Assembly (NCBI GenBank): GCA_963718525.1
Contig: OY970355.1
Coordinates: 2,912,001-2,976,000, forward strand
Length of the DNA stretch: 64,000 bases
DNA from: Candidatus Dormiibacterota bacterium
Lineage (GTDB): Bacteria > Chloroflexota > Dormibacteria > Aeolococcales > Aeolococcaceae
Direction of reading: 5' to 3'
This document shows positions 29,532 through 39,440 of the stretch, piece by piece. The notes under the pieces were generated by a model. That model was not told where the DNA came from. It was given only the letters and a program-made list of their open reading frames with translations, and ran no database searches. The first letter of the stretch is position 1, and each line of letters starts with the position of its first letter. Position numbers and translations under genes: made by a program.

Positions 29532-32233
29532 GCGACTCGACTCCACACGGATACCCATCGGCCTGGGCGATCGACGCGGTCCTCGCGGATGGTGGCACCG
29601 TGCACATACGACCCATAAGGCCAGATGACGCGAGCGCGCATCGTGCATTCTTCGCGCGCCAGTCCGAGCAGAGCGTGTACTTCCGTTTCTTCGGTCCGCG
29701 TTCGGACCTGACCGATCGCGAGGTCACGCATTTCACGACCGTCGATTACCACGACCGCATGGCGTTCGTCGCCTTCCTGCGCGAGGAGATGGTCGCCGTC
29801 GGTCGCTACGATCAACTCGCTCACGGCGACGAGGCGGAAGTCGCGTTCGCGGTCGCCGACGAGCACCAGGGCCGCGGGCTGGCCACGCTGCTCCTCGAGT
29901 ACCTCGCGACGTACGCGGCGACCCAGGGCATCACCCGCTTCAGTGCCGACACGCTCGTCGACAACCGACGGATGCTCGAAATCTTCCACGCCGCCGGCTT
30001 CCGGCGCGAGCACCACTCCATCGAATACGGGGTCGTTCATCTCGGCTTCGACATCGAACCGACCGGCGAGTCACTGGCGGCGAGCGAGCGTCGCGCCTGG
30101 ACAGCAGGAGTTGCCAGCATCACGAGGATCCTGGAGCCGCAGTCGATCGCGGTCGTCGGCGCGGGGCGCAACCCGCAGGGCATCGGACACGCGATCGTCC
30201 GCAACCTCATCGACGGAGGCTTCAAGGGACCGGTGTACCCGGTCAACCCGAAGTCCGCTGAGCTGCTCGGCCTCGCGTGCTCGCCGAGCGTCGAGGCGAT
30301 CGACGCACCGATCGACCTCGCTATCCTCGCTATACCTGCGGCCCAGTGCATCGACGCAGTCGACGCCTGCGGGCGCAAGGGTGTCAAGGGGCTCGTTGTG
30401 ATTACCTCCGGATTTGCGGAGGTCGGCGCCGACGGCATCGACTTGCAACGCGAACTGCTGCTGCGAGCCCACCGCGGCGGGATGCGGGTGGTGGGCCCGA
30501 ACTGCTTCGGAGTGATCAACACCGCGCCCGATGTCCGCCTCAATGCCACGTTCGCCTCGCGCGCGCCGGCGCACGGCGGGGTCGCCTTCGCATCACAGTC
30601 CGGGGCGCTCGGCATCGCTGTCCTGGAACAGTCGCTCACCTCGGGACTTGGGCTCTCGAGCTTCGTGAGCATGGGCAACAAGTCCGATGTCAGCAGCAAC
30701 GATCTGCTCAGGTACTGGCAGCAGGATGGACAGACCCGGGCGATCCTTCTGTACCTCGAATCCTTCGGAAATCCCCGGGCGTTCGCGCGGGTCGCCCCGG
30801 TCGTATCGCGCACCACACCGATCGTCGTCGTGAAGTCGGGTCGCAGCACGGCGGGCACTCGCGCGGCCGCATCTCACACCGCGGCGCTGGCCAGTCCCGA
30901 CACGGTGGTCGACGCTCTGTTCCGTCAAGCCGGTGTGATCCGCGTCGACACCCTCGAGGAGTTGCTCGATTGCGGGCAACTGCTGGCCAATCAGCCCGCG
31001 CTGGCGGGTCAGCGCCTGGCCATCGTCGGCAACGCCGGCGGTGCGGCGGTGCTGGCGGCCGACGCGTGCGACGCGGCGGGTCTGAGCGTTCCCGAGTTCG
31101 ATGCCGCGACCCAGGCGGGGCTTCGCACCCTCGCCGGACCGAATGCGGGTGTGAGCAACCCGGTCGATCTCGGCGCGGGCGCGACCCCGGAGCTCTTTGA
31201 GGACGCGCTGCGCATCGTCCTGGCATCGCCCTCGATCGACGGCGCCGTGGTGATTGTCGCCCCGGTTGCAACCGCCGACCCAGAACAGGTCGCCGGTGCA
31301 GTCGTCGGGATCGATGCCGGGACGAGGCCGATCGTCTTCGTGCACCTCGGCGACAGTGCATCGCCGGCGGCGCTCAGTCAGGGACATCGGAAGATACCGT
31401 CCTACGCGTTTCCGGAGCGTGCGGTTCGAGCGTTGGGACGCATCGCCGAACACTCGAGCTGGAAGACTCGACCGGTCGGTCACGCCCCGCAGTTGGAGGG
31501 CATCGACATCGGGGTGGCGCAGACGATCGTCAAGACGTACCTCGCCGCGAATAGCGACGGTGGGTGGTTGTCACCGGACGAGGCGGTGGCGATCCTTGGA
31601 GCCTTCGGCATCGCGACGCCCGGGGAGACGGCGGTCTCCTCCGCAGCCGAGGCGGCAGGTGCAGCATCGCACCTCGGTTTTCCGGTGGCCCTGAAGGCCA
31701 TGGGATCAACAATCCTGCACAAATCGGACGTCGGTGGCGTGCACCTCGACCTCGGCACGGCTGAGGATGTCGCGATGGCGTTCGAAGCGATGGCACGCAA
31801 CCTCGGCGAAGCAATGGAAGGGGCGATCGTGCAGCAGATGCTGCGCGGCGTGGAGCTCATCGCCGGGGTGATCACCGATCCGCTCTTCGGTCCGGTCGTG
31901 ATGTTCGGTAGCGGCGGGACCGCCGTCGAGCTCTTTGGAGACCGCGTGCTCCGCATCCTGCCGATGACGGATCAGGACGCGCACGAGATGGTGCGGTCGA
32001 TTCGCGGCGCGCCACTGCTCTTCGGTCATCGGGGCGCTCCGCCGTGCAATGTCAGCGCGGTCGAGGATGTGCTGTTGCGAGTCGCGCGGCTTGCGGAGCT
32101 GGTCCCGCAGCTCGCCGAGATGGATCTCAATCCCGTGATCGCCTCCCCGCTCGGCGCCATGGCCGTCGACGTGCGGATCCGCCTGATGCCATGGCGCCGC
32201 CACGCCGAGACGGAGGTCCGGCGCCTGCGCTGA
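29528..32233 (+). CDS. GNAT acetyltransferase fused to ADP-forming acyl-CoA ligase domains (Pat/AcdAB-like)
   Basis: N-terminal GNAT (VADEHQGRGLA), CoA-binding (YPVNP, GPNCFG), SQSGA, SMGN, AASHT, ATP-grasp (HKSDVGGV, DPLFGP, DLNP). Confidence 0.92.
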   Translation: MSDSTPHGYPSAWAIDAVLADGGTVHIRPIRPDDASAHRAFFARQSEQSVYFRFFGPRSDLTDREVTHFTTVDYHDRMAFVAFLREEMVAVGRYDQLAHGDEAEVAFAVADEHQGRGLATLLLEYLATYAATQGITRFSADTLVDNRRMLEIFHAAGFRREHHSIEYGVVHLGFDIEPTGESLAASERRAWTAGVASITRILEPQSIAVVGAGRNPQGIGHAIVRNLIDGGFKGPVYPVNPKSAELLGLACSPSVEAIDAPIDLAILAIPAAQCIDAVDACGRKGVKGLVVITSGFAEVGADGIDLQRELLLRAHRGGMRVVGPNCFGVINTAPDVRLNATFASRAPAHGGVAFASQSGALGIAVLEQSLTSGLGLSSFVSMGNKSDVSSNDLLRYWQQDGQTRAILLYLESFGNPRAFARVAPVVSRTTPIVVVKSGRSTAGTRAAASHTAALASPDTVVDALFRQAGVIRVDTLEELLDCGQLLANQPALAGQRLAIVGNAGGAAVLAADACDAAGLSVPEFDAATQAGLRTLAGPNAGVSNPVDLGAGATPELFEDALRIVLASPSIDGAVVIVAPVATADPEQVAGAVVGIDAGTRPIVFVHLGDSASPAALSQGHRKIPSYAFPERAVRALGRIAEHSSWKTRPVGHAPQLEGIDIGVAQTIVKTYLAANSDGGWLSPDEAVAILGAFGIATPGETAVSSAAEAAGAASHLGFPVALKAMGSTILHKSDVGGVHLDLGTAEDVAMAFEAMARNLGEAMEGAIVQQMLRGVELIAGVITDPLFGPVVMFGSGGTAVELFGDRVLRILPMTDQDAHEMVRSIRGAPLLFGHRGAPPCNVSAVEDVLLRVARLAELVPQLAEMDLNPVIASPLGAMAVDVRIRLMPWRRHAETEVRRLR

Positions 32234-32242
32234 TCTCAGGCA

Positions 32243-32282
32243 AGGGTCGAATGGCACTGTGCGGCGAGGGCACGACGGCCCT
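32243..32282. promoter_or_regulatory. Paired DosR-like boxes
   Basis: AGGGTCGAATGGCACT (32243-32258) and AGGGCACGACGGCCCT (32267-32282). Confidence 0.65.
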
Positions 32283-32410
32283 CGCCGAACGGGACTCGAA
32301 CCCGGAATCTCATGGCATGTGGCTCTGTCGTCAATGCGCGACCGAGGTCGACCATGGGCATACCGGGTCAGATGGACTCGAAAAACAATAAACACCAAAG
32401 GGACACGGCC

Positions 32411-33004
32411 ATGACAAACGGACTTCGTTGGCGGATCTTCGTTCTTCAGGTGGGACTGATCGGCATCCTCGCGTTCGTGAGCGGGTTCGCCTTCTGGGCG
32501 AGCAACTTCGCGACGTCGACCGTGCACGACCAGCTGGCCGCCCAGCAGATCTACTTCCCAGCTGCCAGCTCGACGGCGATCACGTCCCTGCCCAAGGTTG
32601 ACGCAACCGCCATGACTCAGTACGCGGGCCAGGAGTTGCTCACCGGACAGCAGGCTCAGGTCTACGCCAACAACTTCATCAACGTCCATCTCGGCGAGAT
32701 CGCCAACGGCAAGACCTATTCTCAGCTGAGCACAGAGGCCCAGGCCGCCCCCAACGACACCAAGCTCGCCGGCGAAGTGGCGACCATCTTCAAGGGCACG
32801 ACGCTTCGCAGCATGTTGCTGAATGCCTACGGTTGGTCTGAGATCGGCATGTTCGCCGGCTACGCGGCCATCGGACTTGCCATTGCAGCGGTGGTCGTCC
32901 TCGGTGCCTTCTTCTTCGAGATCGTCCGCTGGCGCGAGACCGCCAATGCGGGACGGACAGTCCGCCCAGCAGCACTGCCGACGCCAACCCGGCAGCACGC
33001 GTAA
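32411..33004 (+). CDS. Two-TM membrane protein with extracytoplasmic loop, hypothetical
   Basis: VHDQLAAQQIYFP...YAGQ...QAQVYAN...GKTYSQL...FKGTTLRSMLLNAYGW; strong GC3 bias. Confidence 0.8.
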   Translation: MTNGLRWRIFVLQVGLIGILAFVSGFAFWASNFATSTVHDQLAAQQIYFPAASSTAITSLPKVDATAMTQYAGQELLTGQQAQVYANNFINVHLGEIANGKTYSQLSTEAQAAPNDTKLAGEVATIFKGTTLRSMLLNAYGWSEIGMFAGYAAIGLAIAAVVVLGAFFFEIVRWRETANAGRTVRPAALPTPTRQHA

Positions 33005-33032
33005 GGGACACTCCCGGGCTTCGGTCCCTCTT

Positions 33033-33064
33033 ATGACCCACCGGCCTCCAGGCCGGTGGGTCAT
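33033..33064. terminator. Probable bidirectional intrinsic terminator
   Basis: 15-bp perfect inverted repeat ATGACCCACCGGCCT-cc-AGGCCGGTGGGTCAT followed by TCTTT, between convergent genes. Confidence 0.8.
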
Positions 33065-33183
33065 TCTTTATGTCGGCCGTCGCGTGGGCGCCCATCGCAT
33101 CGCTCAGGCATTCGCAGGATCGCCACCTCTAGAACGACGCGAGCTCCAAAGACCCAGGAACGCAGGTCCGCACCGTCACGATC

Positions 33184-33759
33184 TCAGCGCAGATACGCCT
33201 CGATGACCGGAGCCACACGTGACACCAGCTCCTCATTGCTCGCCGATACGACCGCGTCAGCCTTCACCACGTGGCGGAGCATCGCGATGCCGATCAGTTG
33301 CGCAGCGACAAGCGACGCGCGAAGTTGCCTGTCGGGATGATCGATGCGAGGGCTCAGGACTGAAAGCATTGCGTGATGCAGGAACTCCCTCAGCATCGTC
33401 GCCGCTCGCTCGCTGGATACGGCCGAGCGAACGAGCCCGAGCATCACGTCTCGGGTCTGCTCCTGATCAAGCATGAGCAGATATCGACGGACGATCAGCG
33501 TTGCAGCCTCCGAGGTGCTCACGGTCGTGAGGCCGTCGAACACCGAGAACGGACTCACGGTGACCTCGAGGGCAGCGATGAACAGCGCCTCCTTCGTACC
33601 GAAGTAATGGACGAGGAGAGCGGGATCGACATCAGCCTGTTTGGCGATGCTTCGCAGAGAGGTGGCGTCGTACCCACGAGCGCCGAACGACCGCCGCGCG
33701 GCAAGCAGGATGTCGTCTCGCGTCCGCGGCGCCCCCGGCCGCCGGCCCGAGCGGGTCAC
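33184..33759 (-). CDS. TetR-family regulator
   Basis: GRRPG...TRDDILLAARRSFGARGYDATSLRSIAKQADVDPALLVHYFGTKEALF. Confidence 0.92.
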   Translation of the reverse strand: MTRSGRRPGAPRTRDDILLAARRSFGARGYDATSLRSIAKQADVDPALLVHYFGTKEALFIAALEVTVSPFSVFDGLTTVSTSEAATLIVRRYLLMLDQEQTRDVMLGLVRSAVSSERAATMLREFLHHAMLSVLSPRIDHPDRQLRASLVAAQLIGIAMLRHVVKADAVVSASNEELVSRVAPVIEAYLR

Positions 33760-34619
33760 CGCACTGCTCCGCCTGAGACGATGCTGACGAACGCCTCCTC
33801 GAGGTTCGCCGGCACGGTCGCCACGTCGGCTCGGAGGTGGTTTCGCGTCAGCACCTCCTTGACGTGCTGCGGCGATGCGGGCACTCGGAGGATTTCGCCT
33901 TGCACCTGCACGATGAGGCCCTCCGCATCGAGGACTGAAAACGCCTTCTGCCAGCTGTCGCACCGTGCCTCAACCACCTGACGGTCACCAATCACCTCGG
34001 CTACCGTGCCCTCGGCGACGACACGTCCGCCCGCCATCACGACGAGCCGGTCACATTGCTCGGCCTCCTCCATGTTGTGGGTCGTCACCAGGACGCCGGT
34101 ATCGTGTTCGGCGCTGTCCCGGATGTCCTGCCACAGCCGAGCCCGGTTCAGCGCTCCAACCCCGGAGGTGGGCTCGTCGAGCACGAGCAGTTCAGGCTGG
34201 TGGGAGAACGCCATAGCAAAGGCGACTCGCCGCTGCAAACCCAATGGGAGCGTCCCGACGAGTTGGTCTCTCGCATCACTGATGCTCGGCGGGAGCGCGC
34301 GACGAGTTGCGTGAAAGGCGGACGCGGTGAACGTCCAGTTCTCCTCGACCGTCAGATCGTCGTAGAGGCCCAGAGCCTGCGGCACGTAGCCAATCCGGCG
34401 CCGCGTCCTCATCGATGGCGGCGCACCGAACAGCGCGACCTCCCCCCGCGACGGGCGCACCAGTCCGAGCAGGAGACGGATAACCGTGGTCTTGCCGGCA
34501 CCGTTGGCACCGAGGAGCCCGACGACCTCGCCGCCGCCGACCTTGAGATTCACCGAGTCCACTGCGGTGACAGGACCAAAGCGCATGGTCACGTTATGGG
34601 TTTCAGCGAGCGCAAGCAT
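33756..34619 (-). CDS. ABC transporter ATP-binding protein
   Basis: GANGAGKT, LPLGLQRR, LLVLDEPT, TTH. Confidence 0.92.
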   Translation of the reverse strand: MLALAETHNVTMRFGPVTAVDSVNLKVGGGEVVGLLGANGAGKTTVIRLLLGLVRPSRGEVALFGAPPSMRTRRRIGYVPQALGLYDDLTVEENWTFTASAFHATRRALPPSISDARDQLVGTLPLGLQRRVAFAMAFSHQPELLVLDEPTSGVGALNRARLWQDIRDSAEHDTGVLVTTHNMEEAEQCDRLVVMAGGRVVAEGTVAEVIGDRQVVEARCDSWQKAFSVLDAEGLIVQVQGEILRVPASPQHVKEVLTRNHLRADVATVPANLEEAFVSIVSGGAVR

Positions 34620-34623
34620 CGAT

Positions 34624-35442
34624 CTAGGTCTTCCGCTCGTGCAAGAGTGCCGCGATCATCACGGCATCCTCGAAGTCGGGCCGCAAGGACTTCGCTCCCG
34701 GTGGGAGATCCAGCGACGGGGACCAGACTCGCCAGGTTTTGCCCCAGCGCCAGGAGATCCCCTGCGGCCTTTCCCTCGACTCAACGACCCCCAATTTGCC
34801 GGGGACAGCGGCAATGATGTCGGACGGTGATCCGACCGCGATGGATCGGCCGTGTTCCAAGAGGACAACCGTTGATGCGCGTTGAGCCTCTTCGACATAG
34901 GTCGTCGCGACGACGACAGCTGCGCCCTCAGCCGCTGCTCGGGAGATGAGTCGCCATAGCTCGGCGCGGCTCAGCGGATCGACCCCCGTCGTCGGCTCAT
35001 CAAGCACCAGCATCGCCGGGCGATGCAGTAGCGCCATCCCGACCGCGAGCTTCCTCTGCATGCCACCCGAGAGCTGCCCACCGAGGCGAGCACGCGCGTC
35101 GGCCAGGCCGATCCTTTCGAGCATTTCGGTCGATCGCCTGGCCAACTCGACTCCCCGCATGCCATAGGCGGCACCGGAAAACGCCACGTTCTCGTCGACC
35201 GTGAGGTCGACATACAGACCGGCCGTGGCGGGGATGTAGCCGATCTCCTGCTTCGCAGGTCGCCGTGCTACGCCGTGGCTCAGACGGACAAGTCCAACCA
35301 GCGCTCGCAGGAGCGTGGACTTACCCGCGCCATCTCCACCGACGCAGATGCTCACCGTCGAAGGGTCGACCGGCAGGGTCAGGTGGTGGAGCACCGTTCG
35401 CGATGCGAACACAACGCTCGCGTCCTCGAGTTCCCAGGTCAT
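34624..35442 (-). CDS. ABC transporter ATP-binding protein
   Basis: GGDGAGKS, LSGGMQ, LVLDEPT. Confidence 0.9.
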   Translation of the reverse strand: MTWELEDASVVFASRTVLHHLTLPVDPSTVSICVGGDGAGKSTLLRALVGLVRLSHGVARRPAKQEIGYIPATAGLYVDLTVDENVAFSGAAYGMRGVELARRSTEMLERIGLADARARLGGQLSGGMQRKLAVGMALLHRPAMLVLDEPTTGVDPLSRAELWRLISRAAAEGAAVVVATTYVEEAQRASTVVLLEHGRSIAVGSPSDIIAAVPGKLGVVESRERPQGISWRWGKTWRVWSPSLDLPPGAKSLRPDFEDAVMIAALLHERKT

Positions 35443-36524
35443 GCCGCCACCGCCTTCGACTCCGCCTCCGCCGTGCGGTCTCGCCTGGCGCTCGGCGCAA
35501 GGTCGCGTCGGAACCGAAGGACGGCCAAACCGAGGACGACGACCGCCATTCCTGCAAGAACGAGCAGGGGACCCCAGAGGGCGGACAATGGCGCGGCTTT
35601 CAGCATCACCCCGCGGCTGATGTCGATGAAGTACTTGAGCGGGAGAACGTAGGCGATCCACTGGACTCCGCTCGCCATCGACGAGACGGGGAAGATCAAG
35701 CCCGACAACAGGATCTGGGGTACGACGAACATGATGGCGAGCTGGATTGCCTGGCCCTGATTCTGCGACACGGTTGAGACCAGGACGCCCATACCCAGGG
35801 TCACGAGAAGAAACAGGAGGGCGCCGAGCGCGAAGGTGGCGACGTTGCCGACGAACGGCACTCCGAAGAGCACCATGCCGATCACAACAATCGCAACGAG
35901 ATCCAGCGCTGCCAGCAGCAGGTACGGGACGATCTTTCCGAAGATGACGTCCCACGGCCTGAATGGCATAACCGCGAGCTGCTCGATGGTCCCCGTTTGC
36001 CGTTCCCGAACGATCCCGAGGCTCGTGATCAAGGTGCCGATGAAAAGCAGGATCAGACCCGTGAGGCCGGGGATCATGATCCAGGAGGTTGTGAGGTTCG
36101 GGTTGTAGAGGATCTGGACGGCGATGGCGGGAACCGCCGCGCCATTCGTCTTGGCCGCCTGGGCCATGTGAGCGAGCGCGCCTTCCGCAGCTTCCACGGC
36201 GAAGAGTTGGGTGCCATCCATCAGCGCCGCGATCTGGGTCGGTCCGGTGACCACCCCGACCACCGCCATTCCATCCTGGAGGCGACTCGCAGCCAGTGAC
36301 CGGTCGCCGTTCGGATCGATCTCGACGACGTCAAACGGCGCGCCGAGGTGGCTTGCGACAAACTCTGCCCGCGAACCGACCACGACGGTCGTGACCTTGG
36401 CGACGTCGAACCTGGCCGCATACCCGAAGACGACGAGCAGCAGGATGGGCAGCACGATCAGCAGCGCGAGGGTCCGCCGGTCTCGTTTCAGCTGCCGGAA
36501 CTCCTTGACGATCATCGTCCACAC
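35439..36524 (-). CDS. ABC-2 type permease (YbhR/S-like)
   Basis: KEFRQLKRDRRT, YNP, IVRERQTGTIEQL, LSGLIFP. Confidence 0.92.
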   Translation of the reverse strand: MWTMIVKEFRQLKRDRRTLALLIVLPILLLVVFGYAARFDVAKVTTVVVGSRAEFVASHLGAPFDVVEIDPNGDRSLAASRLQDGMAVVGVVTGPTQIAALMDGTQLFAVEAAEGALAHMAQAAKTNGAAVPAIAVQILYNPNLTTSWIMIPGLTGLILLFIGTLITSLGIVRERQTGTIEQLAVMPFRPWDVIFGKIVPYLLLAALDLVAIVVIGMVLFGVPFVGNVATFALGALLFLLVTLGMGVLVSTVSQNQGQAIQLAIMFVVPQILLSGLIFPVSSMASGVQWIAYVLPLKYFIDISRGVMLKAAPLSALWGPLLVLAGMAVVVLGLAVLRFRRDLAPSARRDRTAEAESKAVAA

Positions 36525-36608
36525 GGCTCGCCTCCTAATTCACTGACTGTTGAAGTCTACACATGCAGAATTCTTAGGGTTCAGTCGTCAGTCCACGAGT
36601 TGCCACTT

Positions 36609-36646
36609 AGGGTCGATCGCCGGTCCATGACGTGACAAAGGACTGT
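36609..36646. promoter_or_regulatory. Paired DosR-like boxes upstream of tandem USP
   Basis: AGGGTCGATCGCCGGT (36609-36624) and CGTGACAAAGGACTGT (36631-36646). Confidence 0.45.
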
Positions 36647-36711
36647 GGTCGCGCGATGGCCCAGCCTGGTTTCCTTGAGCTACGGGTCAGTGCTTACCGG
36701 AGATTCGAGCC

Positions 36712-37647
36712 ATGCAAGTGATCAGCCTTGACGAGAAATTGGGGCAAGGTAGCGTCAGCCTGCAGAACATCCTGCTTGCCACCGACGGTTCCCCGGCTGC
36801 TCACCTGGCGCTCGGTGCCGCCGCCGATCTGGCCAGACGGTCAGGGGCATCACTTCACCTGGTCACGGCGTACGAATTCGCTCCATCCAGCGTGCTGGCG
36901 TATGCGCCATATATCGGTCCGAACAGCGCATGGGATTCGTGCGAAGCTGACGCCCGACGGTTGCTCGACGACGAGCGGGATCGCGTGGTGGGGCTCGGCG
37001 CGTCCGTCGGGAGCCTTCACGTCGCGCGCGAACCGGCCTTCACCGCCGTGATGGAGGTGGCGGAGATGGTCGAGGCGGATCTCGTCGTTCTCGGAAGCCG
37101 CGAGCTCAACGGCCTGAAGCGTCTGCTGGTTGGAAGCGTCTCGGAGCATGTCGTTCACTCCGTGCATCGCCCGGTGCTGATCGTGAGGGGTGGTGAAGGT
37201 TCCTGGCCACCGGCGCAGGTGATCGTCGGCTTTGATAACACGGGTGGCGCCAAATGCGCGGCGCGGTTCGCCGCCACGATCACACACCTCTACCAGGATC
37301 TCCCCATCGCATTGGTTGAAGCCGGCGCAGAGCTGTCGGTGGCCACGGATCGTTTTCTTGTTCCCGACGAGGAAGAACGAGTCGAGGCCCAGCACCTACA
37401 GGAGTACGCCAGGAGCCTGAGCACGATCGCGGGCCGCACCGTGGAGACCCTCGTCGTGGTCAGTGATCCGGCCGACGCTCTCAATGCGACCGGAAGCGGC
37501 CGACCCGGCTCGAGGCTCGTCGTCGTGGGCAGTCGCGATCTCGGCGCCGTGCGACGCTTCTTGCTCGGCAGCGTCTCGACCAAGCTCCTGCATTCAGGGC
37601 ACACAGCGCTGCTGGTTGTGCCGGAGCATTCGATCCAGGCGAATTGA
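36712..37647 (+). CDS. Tandem-domain universal stress protein
   Basis: ILLATDGS, VLGSR...GSVSEHVV; second domain VVGSRDLG...GSVSTKLL. Confidence 0.92.
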   Translation: MQVISLDEKLGQGSVSLQNILLATDGSPAAHLALGAAADLARRSGASLHLVTAYEFAPSSVLAYAPYIGPNSAWDSCEADARRLLDDERDRVVGLGASVGSLHVAREPAFTAVMEVAEMVEADLVVLGSRELNGLKRLLVGSVSEHVVHSVHRPVLIVRGGEGSWPPAQVIVGFDNTGGAKCAARFAATITHLYQDLPIALVEAGAELSVATDRFLVPDEEERVEAQHLQEYARSLSTIAGRTVETLVVVSDPADALNATGSGRPGSRLVVVGSRDLGAVRRFLLGSVSTKLLHSGHTALLVVPEHSIQAN

Positions 37648-37659
37648 CCGTTGCGGCGG

Positions 37660-38364
37660 TCAGATGCCGCCGAGCTCTTTGGGCGGCCTGACGTTGCGGT
37701 CGTCGAACCGGTACGTCAGCGTTGGTTCGACGTCGATGACACCGTCGACGCCAAGGATCAGGTGGATCAGAATCTCCACGTCACTGCGCCGGTCCACCTC
37801 TCCATGGATGCGCACGGCGCCGTCGTTGACCTCGACCTCGAAGGTCGACGGATCCAGCCACATACTGCCGCGGACAATGCCTTCGACGACGTCCGAGCGA
37901 ATGTCGGCATCGGACCGCAGGTAGCTTGTGAGCACATCTGCGCGGCTGACGATGCCGACCAGCATTCCGTGATCGACGACGGGTAGACGTTTGACGCTCC
38001 GCTGACGCATCAGCCGTGCGGCGGCGGCAAGCGGCATGTCAGGGGTCACGCAGACCGCGGGCGTGGACATCAACCCCGCCGCCGTCTGGGCGCGCCCCTT
38101 GGTCCGCCGGTCGCGCGCACCACGAGTTCAGCCGCCGGGCTCAGAGACCTCGGCTTCGGTCCGCAGCAGAAGATCCGCTTCTGAGACCACGCCGACGACA
38201 CCACCCTCTGGATCCACGACCGGAAGCGCGCTGACGTTGTGATCGTTCATCAGTTGCTCGATGCTTTTGAAAGGCGTGTCGGCGGTGATGGTCACCACGT
38301 CACGGGTCATCACGTCGCCGACCTTGAGCCGGGTGGGTCGTCGAAAAGCTTCGAGCTCGGACAT
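37660..38364 (-). CDS. CBS-pair + BON domain protein; in-frame TGA at 38128-38130
   Basis: VGDVMT...ALPVVD...VSEADLL...EPGG[TGA]TRGARDRRTKGRAQTAAGLMSTP...KRLPVVD...VSRADVL; BON 'VEVNDGAVRIHG'. Confidence 0.88.
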
Positions 38365-38468
38365 AGCTGCGATTCTGGCATCCGAAGGCCGACTCCTTCC
38401 GTCTCTGGTCCAAACCGGTCGAACGGCGCAAAGATATCACTCGTACATGCTCATTCCGAGTGAATGCC

Positions 38469-39440
38469 TTAGTCGCTCGGAGCGACCCTGAGGATCACGT
38501 TTCCGATCTTTTGCCCCGTCTCCACATACCGTACCGCTTCAACTATTTCATCAAGCGTGTACGTCCTGTCGATCAGGGGTTTGTACTCCCCGGACTCGAG
38601 AAGTTGTTTGATGTACTCAATCTTCTCCTTGTCGATCTTGGGGATCGGAAAGATGACTTGTCGGGATCTAGTCATTGCAAACCAGATCGCCAATAGCGGA
38701 TTTTGGAAACCGCGACCCAACTCGGTGGAGTAGTAGGTCCCTCCCGCAGCAAGCAACTTCTTGCATGCGCCATATGAACTCTTACCCACGGCGTCGAAGA
38801 TGAAGTCGAATCTTTCTGGAATCTGACTGAAGTCTTCGGTTTCAAAGTTGATGACGCGATCCGCGCCCAGCTTCTCCACCAGCGGCACGCTGTTCGTGCC
38901 GCAAACCGCCGTGACGCTAACGCCCAAGTGTTTCAGAATCTGTACAGCCGCTGAGCCGATCGCTCCTGAAGCCCCGTAAACAAGCGCACGTTGGCCCGTT
39001 CGGATATGAACCGCACGAATCACATTGATCGCATATGTCGCCCCTTCTCCTGCAGGAGCGACCTGTTCATAACTAACACTATCGGGCATGGTCGTGATCG
39101 GGCCATCGGCGGCCTCGGTCATGTACTCGGCATGCGCTGCACCCCGCAGGTCGTCAAAACCAAAGACCCGATCTCCGACTTTGAAGTCGGTGACGTTAGC
39201 GCCAATTCCAACCACCTTGCCGGCAAATTCACTTCCCGCAACCGTGCGCTTCGGCTTGACCAGACCCGTGAAGAATCGGGATACGAAGTACTTCGCGCTT
39301 CGATATCCACAGTCGGTTCGGTTGACCGTTGTGGCATAGACCTGTATCAGAACCTCATTAGCAGCAGGTACCGGCTTCGCCACGTCGCGAATCCGCAGGA
39401 CTTCGGGTGGTCCGTATCTGGTGTAGACAACCGCCTTCAT
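38469..39440 (-). CDS. NAD(P)-dependent alcohol dehydrogenase / quinone-oxidoreductase (MDR family)
   Basis: MKAVVYTRYGPPEVL, YGASGAIGS, FDAVG, PLIDRTY; AT-richer than flanks. Confidence 0.9.
   Translation of the reverse strand: MKAVVYTRYGPPEVLRIRDVAKPVPAANEVLIQVYATTVNRTDCGYRSAKYFVSRFFTGLVKPKRTVAGSEFAGKVVGIGANVTDFKVGDRVFGFDDLRGAAHAEYMTEAADGPITTMPDSVSYEQVAPAGEGATYAINVIRAVHIRTGQRALVYGASGAIGSAAVQILKHLGVSVTAVCGTNSVPLVEKLGADRVINFETEDFSQIPERFDFIFDAVGKSSYGACKKLLAAGGTYYSTELGRGFQNPLLAIWFAMTRSRQVIFPIPKIDKEKIEYIKQLLESGEYKPLIDRTYTLDEIVEAVRYVETGQKIGNVILRVAPSD

Noticed and set aside
32286-32310. tRNA T-arm-like sequence (GGGACTCGAACCC)
   Set aside because: No D-arm, anticodon arm or pairing acceptor stem
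10833-38130. TGA recoding (Trp code or selenocysteine) suggested by two in-frame TGAs sharing the context CTGAACTCGTG
   Set aside because: TGA is the normal stop throughout (ATGA/GTGA overlaps), the aldB position is a conserved Trp rather than Cys, and the same hexamer explains six insertions
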